Below are positions 52,303-57,011 of a DNA stretch of 57,011 nt, piece after piece. Every line of letters starts with the position of its first letter. The stretch's first letter is position 1. Below the pieces are notes generated by a model. It was not told the DNA's origin. It made no database searches and saw nothing but the letters and a program-made list of their open reading frames with translations. A program made the position numbers and the translations under genes. This DNA is from Halocafeteria seosinensis (Eukaryota), in the NCBI GenBank assembly GCA_001687465.1, contig LVLI01000241.1:62001-119011 (forward strand), given 5' to 3'.

Positions 52303-52758
52303 GAATCAACAATGCGCATCATAAAAGTGCATAATCAAATAATGTCTAATTTAATGAACCAAGGTTATCCACAGACACACACGCAATATCAAGAGCCGAG
52401 TTGATACTGCGATATATGTTTCGCCAACCTCATGTGTACACCCACAACAGTGGCCATTCTCACCAATCAAATAAAGAACTGTGGTAGTCGTTATCTATAC
52501 TTCAAAGACAGTGTGAAACAATCGTCCAGGACTACCTGCACTTGTCGCGCAGAATGGAATCCAATGGATGAGAATCAACAATGCGCATCATAAAAGTGCA
52601 TAATCAAATAATGTCTAATTTAATGAACCAAGGTTATCCACACACACACACGCAATATCAAGAGCCGAGTTGATACTGCGATATATGTTTCGCCAACCTC
52701 ATGTGTACACCCACAACAGTAGCCATTCTCACCAATCAAATAAACAACTGTGGTAGTC
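52217..52758. repeat. 269-bp direct tandem duplication (2 copies, 3 substitutions seen)
   Basis: 52217-52485 repeated at 52486-52754; AGTC at the start of both copies and immediately after the second. Confidence 0.95.
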
Positions 52759-53366
52759 TATTCAGTTTGAATCTTCCCCTTCTTTTCCTTCTTTCTCAAT
52801 CTCTTTTCCTCTCGCTTTCTCTCTTCCGGTGATTTCTGCTGGATTTCTTCGTATTTCTGGTAAATAATATAGGAAGCAGCGCCCAGACCTGCCAACACGG
52901 TCCCGAGCAGAACGTATGTAGGGTGTACCATCGATTTCGGCTTTTCTTCTGTTCCAGTTGTGCCTGTTGTAGAATCATCACCTCCATTGCCACCTTCTTG
53001 GCCAGATAGTTCTGATAAGATAGTAGCAATTTCAACGCGGCATTTTCCAGAGATGTTCTCCTGCGCGTTAGACTCCCCTTTGGCGGATCTTTGCTGCAGT
53101 TCTAGAAGCTCATTGCGGCATTCAGAGGACAAATCTCTGTGTTTAGGAAACAAAGCAAGAACATTTACCGTATCATTCATAGTGACAATATGCTCTGGTA
53201 CGAGAGAAGGGTGAAATAGGCCAACATACCGGATCAAAGCCTCATACATCTCCTTGGTAATAGCTGGCTGCTGCTGCTGCTGCTGCTGTTGCTGTTGCTG
53301 CTCCTGTGCATTACCCATACTGATGCAGTATGACAGAGTAACTAATGCTAACATAAGATACTTCAT
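52758..53366 (-). CDS. Predicted type I membrane protein: signal peptide, polyQ, C-terminal TM helix and basic tail
   Basis: MKYLMLALVTLSYCISMGNA, Q11 tract, TM YVLLGTVLAGLGAASYII, K/E-rich tail; one probable in-frame intron. Confidence 0.75.
   Translation of the reverse strand: MKYLMLALVTLSYCISMGNAQEQQQQQQQQQQQPAITKEMYEALIRYVGLFHPSLVPEHIVTMNDTVNVLALFPKHRDLSSECRNELLELQQRSAKGESNAQENISGKCRVEIATILSELSGQEGGNGGDDSTTGTTGTEEKPKSMVHPTYVLLGTVLAGLGAASYIIYQKYEEIQQKSPEERKREEKRLRKKEKKGKIQTE
53268..53300 (-). repeat. CAG/CAA trinucleotide repeat encoding polyQ
   Basis: (CTG/TTG)11 on the + strand. Confidence 0.9.
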
Positions 53367-53626
53367 AGTTGCAGAACGAGGGGTGGGGAAAGTAAGAGTA
53401 GGCACCATTTTCTGTTTTGTTACCGGAGGTCTACGGGGTGGAGGTCAGGCCGAGGGCAATTGTACCGCCGATTATCTATGATAGAAGAGAGTTGACTCAC
53501 GAACGTATTGCTTATAAGGAAAGCGGCAATCATTACGATTTCGGAGGTCATGGCCCATGGGACGGACATCAGAGATGTTCACAGCCTGGGCGTGCACTAC
53601 TTCAACCAGGAGTTGTTTAACCAACA

Positions 53627-53793
53627 ACCTGACCTTCGAAAGCATTCGCGGGTAGTGATATCCGTCAGCTGGACGGAAGTGTCCAATTCGTTGCACGAGC
53701 TCGACAACGAACCAAAACACCTGACGCTCGAAAGCATTCGCGGGTAGTGATATCCGTCAGCTGGACGGAAGTGTCAAATTCGTTGCCCGAGCT
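53627..53793. repeat. Imperfect direct repeat, 92-bp period (~75 bp duplicated)
   Basis: TCGAAAGCATTCGCGGGTAGTGATATCCGTCAGCTGGACGGAAGTGTC at 53636 and 53728. Confidence 0.92.
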
Positions 53794-53832
53794 CCAACAT
53801 CTACATTTTTTTTTTCGCATAAACACTATCCT

Positions 53833-53931
53833 GTCCCAATAATGCGGAAAAAATTAGCCCAAGGTCCCAATTCGAGAAAAAGTTTGTGTGGTCCCAATAG
53901 AATTCAAAAAAATTTAACATCCGGTCCCAAT
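53833..53931 (+). repeat. Four GTCCCAAT motifs separated by A-tracts; probable transposon subterminal repeats
   Basis: Copies at 53833, 53864, 53891 and 53924, just upstream of the transposase ATG. Confidence 0.7.
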
Positions 53932-54057
53932 TCAGCGAACTATGCAGCATTTGGATTGCCACTAAAAGGTTGTACGCGTAACACTAACTAAACATTTGCG
54001 CAATTTTGTTGCTTCTTGCGATTTGGTTTCGTATATTTGTGAAAGGACTTTTCAGAG

Positions 54058-57011
54058 ATGGACGGAAGGCGAAGCTTGAACAAGACATACCGAGGTAAGG
54101 ACACCATCGTGCAAAGTTAAGAACGATGATTGACCCAGCACTATGACGCAATAGTCGCGCAGAGGCTGTATTGTCGAGTGCCAAAGTGCCGACGAAAAAC
54201 TCGCTCCTGCAGTCCACAGACCACGGGACCCTGTTGGAGGAGCGGGGTCCCAAGCGGAAGAAGACTTATAGAGGTAAGGATCTTCTGGGAAAGTGCGGTG
54301 GACAATGCGCTACCCTCCTAGACTAACGTACTCTGATTTACAGAAGCTGTATTGACGAGATCCAAGGCCCGCCTTGGGAATACGGAAGCGGGCAAGAAAA
54401 CCATTCCTACCAAACCAGCAACTGCTTTACGGAGACGAAGCACTAACATCCCCCGTGCTATCAACAGCGTCCGCGGCATGCAAACCACAGACAAGGTGGA
54501 AGAAGGGCAACAGGATACTGAAGCGGACAAGCAAACCGTACCTAGTAGACCGGACATACAAACTGCAGACAAGGTGGAAGAAGGGCAACGGGATACTGAA
54601 GCAGGCAAGCAAATCGTCGCGACCAAAACAGCGACTGCTTCACGCCGACGAAGCTCCAGAGCCTCAAACTTCCTTCAAAATGAACGGAAGACTCAACAGT
54701 CCTTGGACGCTGGGTGGCATTCCACTAACACCCCCGGTGCTATCAACAGCCTGGGCGACATGCAAGCTGCAGACAAGGTGGAAGAAGCGCAACGAGACAG
54801 TGAAGCGGGCAAGCAAACCGTCCCTACCAAACCAGCGACTGCTTCACGGCGACAAAGCTCCAGTTCCTCAAACTTTCTTCAATACAAACGCAAGGCTCAG
54901 CAGAACCTCGATGCTGAGCGGCATTCCGCCAAAAGCTCCAGTGCTATCAAGGCCTTTCGCGACATACAAGCTGCAGACAAGGTGAAAGAAGGGCAACGGT
55001 TCGCTAAAAAAGCAGAACTAAAACACAGATTCAAGGAATTCTTCACGTTCTACGCTGTGTCACCCGTTACTTACAAAGACTCATGTAACGCTCTCAGGAT
55101 GAGAGCAAAGGACGGAGCGGATTTGATTGACTTGAGAGCGGGATTTGCCCCGAGACCATGTCCGGAATATCCGTGGAGGGTCAATGTGGTCTGGGCTTCA
55201 TCCTCATTGAACAAGCACCGAGGTAGAATGCGCGGCTCGGGATATTCAGTGAACGATTTGGCTGAGGCGTTGGTGAAATATCTAGACCCCTACCTTGGTG
55301 AAATATCTAGACCCCTACCGACCATATATGACCCACCGAAACGCAAAGCGCATCCTAAAGGGTTACGTCGCCCCGGGAACCAAATTGCGGTCGTCGTTCG
55401 TGGCGTCGGTTCTTAGGAAATCTCGAAGAATGGTTATGGGAGTAGCTTCGGAGACGGTGAAACTTTTCCCCGTTCTCGAAGAAGTCCTCCAACAGGGAGG
55501 ATATGCAGCCGAAACAAACTACTGGGACGCGCAGCAAATGCGGGATGTAGCAAACCAGATGAGGGAAGAGGGAGAAGAATTACCTCATATACCAAATAAC
55601 GCAGAGTACATCTCCTCATTCTTCGTTTCTCCTCCGTCGGCACGTCCCGGAAAGTGCAAAGAGGTATACTCTGCAGATGCGTGTCATATGACGCACAGTT
55701 ATCCGGGCACACTGTTCTTTTTGTTCGGATACACCGCAAACGACAACTGCCAGTTGATATCCGCGGGCTTCCAATTAGCTGGAGAGTCGGAGCGAACTTG
55801 GACGGACTTCTTTCGTTTCGTTAAGAGAAAATTCCCGAAAATTGACGATCGCGCTAACACGATTATTATGGACGCGGATAAAGGCGCCAGAGCCGCTCAT
55901 AAATCTGTGTTCACCAACACCGGCAGATTTATTTGCTCCAACCATCGCTCGGAAACTGTTGCAAAGAAACTGGGGAAGACAGGAAAGGCCATGTATTTGG
56001 AAGCAGTTGATTCCACAGAGCAGACGACAATTGACGAAAAGCTCCGTTTGCTGCGACGAAAATTTACCAAAAAGAAACTTCACAATGCAATATTTAAGAA
56101 GCCTTTAGAGGAACAGTTTTTACTACCTTGCGTACATAGAAGGCAACCGAGGACCAGGATGTTCGGGAAGAACACGACCCAGCTAGTGGAGTCGCTGAAT
56201 CAGGCATCTAAAGCAGCTCGCTGCAAACATTTTCTACAGGCGGTCCTAACTCTCCTCATCACTGAACGAGAACGTCTGCATAAACAGCGAAAGGAACTTA
56301 AAAAGTCAAGAAAGCGCAAGAGACGCTTAACTCCAGCAGCTCAGGCCTTCATTGGTAAATTGGAAAGCAAGGCTGCAGAATGGCCTGCCCACATGCGACA
56401 CCGTGACGACGGCATCGTAGAAGTGAAGTTGAAGGAAAACGTGAGAAGGGTCAACTTACAAACAATGGACTGTTCTTGTGGCCGCCCTACTGTACACAAC
56501 AAGCCTTGCCTCCATGTCTATCATGCTGCGCCGTCCTATTTCTCTAATATGATCAACAGCGTTAAGTACACGAAAGAAGAAGTCCTTAGGTGTCATCGTC
56601 GCTTAGATCTGACCAGCCTTAAGCGAATTGTCATTCCGGCAGTTAAGAACAAACATTGGTTCTGTGTGTCTATCGAAATCGACGACCGAAGGCTCATCCA
56701 ATACGACAGTTACAATGTCAGTTTGCGCCGCACCTTCCTACGTTCCCTCTGCCATTGGCTTAGCAACAAATCTGCGCGTGATCATGGGGAGAAGAACCGA
56801 ATCCCTGAGGACCAGTGGGACCTCTCTGTAGGCTACGTTCCACAGCAAACGAACTCCTTCGACTGTGGACCATTCACAGCATGTGTCTGCAGAAGTCTAG
56901 CATTAGGCTTGCCGTTTGATTTTAAAGAGCAGGACATGCCCTACAAGCGGTGCGAAATAGCTCTGGCCATGCTTCGCTACACCCAGGAACCACAGTTATC
57001 CATGTCATCCG
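54058..57011 (+). pseudogene. MULE transposase (DDE + SWIM zinc finger + Ulp1/C48 peptidase), frameshifted by a 25-bp duplication
   Basis: ATG 54058; introns 54095-54162 and 54274-54343. After the frameshift: YSADACH (D 55676), GESERTW, IIMDADKG (D 55871), CSNH, TTQLVESLN (E 56189), CSCGRPTVHNKPCLH (56471), KHW..YDS..PQQTNSFDCGPF; open to the window end. Confidence 0.85.

Larger units (their letters stand above)
53800..57011 (+). mobile_element. Mutator-like element (MULE) carrying a Ulp1-like protease; left end approximate, right end outside the window
   Basis: Transposase motifs in the frame 55328->57011, plus subterminal repeats and internal tandem repeats. Confidence 0.88.

Noticed and set aside
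53254..53481. Poly-cysteine ORF on the + strand
   Set aside because: Antisense reading of the polyQ codon tract of the minus-strand gene
53833..53931. Regularly spaced short repeats resembling a CRISPR array
   Set aside because: Repeat is only 8-9 bp, spacers are low-complexity A-tracts, context is eukaryotic and there are no cas genes
54352..55416. 354-aa ORF as an independent gene
   Set aside because: It is exon 3 of the transposase gene, truncated by the 25-bp duplication frameshift

Overview
Gene-dense eukaryotic nuclear DNA from a probably flagellated protist. This inference rests on short GT-AG introns of about 50-220 nt, tiny intergenic gaps and centriole-type genes. About 23 protein genes are present. 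Recognisable ones are an SDR reductase, an intronless four-domain RNA end-healing/sealing enzyme (2H phosphoesterase + CX5R phosphatase + polynucleotide kinase + RNA ligase), a degenerate metallophosphoesterase fused to a GmhB-like HAD phosphatase, UTP10/HEATR1, dephospho-CoA kinase, CEP76, TRAPPC4, two tandem VIT1/CCC1 transporters, a BTB protein, a FLASH-like mini coiled-coil protein, N-myristoyltransferase, an EF-hand coiled-coil protein, Timeless, a giant Ser/Thr kinase and a CEP95-like protein. The last ~3.2 kb is a Mutator-like (MULE) DNA transposon whose catalytic frame is absent from the ORF track. Its spliced transposase gene carries DDE + SWIM + an in-frame Ulp1-type protease, is frameshifted by a perfect 25-bp tandem duplication, and is preceded by phased GTCCCAAT repeats. 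Gene boundaries were read by eye; multi-exon coordinates span introns and some ends are approximate. No database searches were run.
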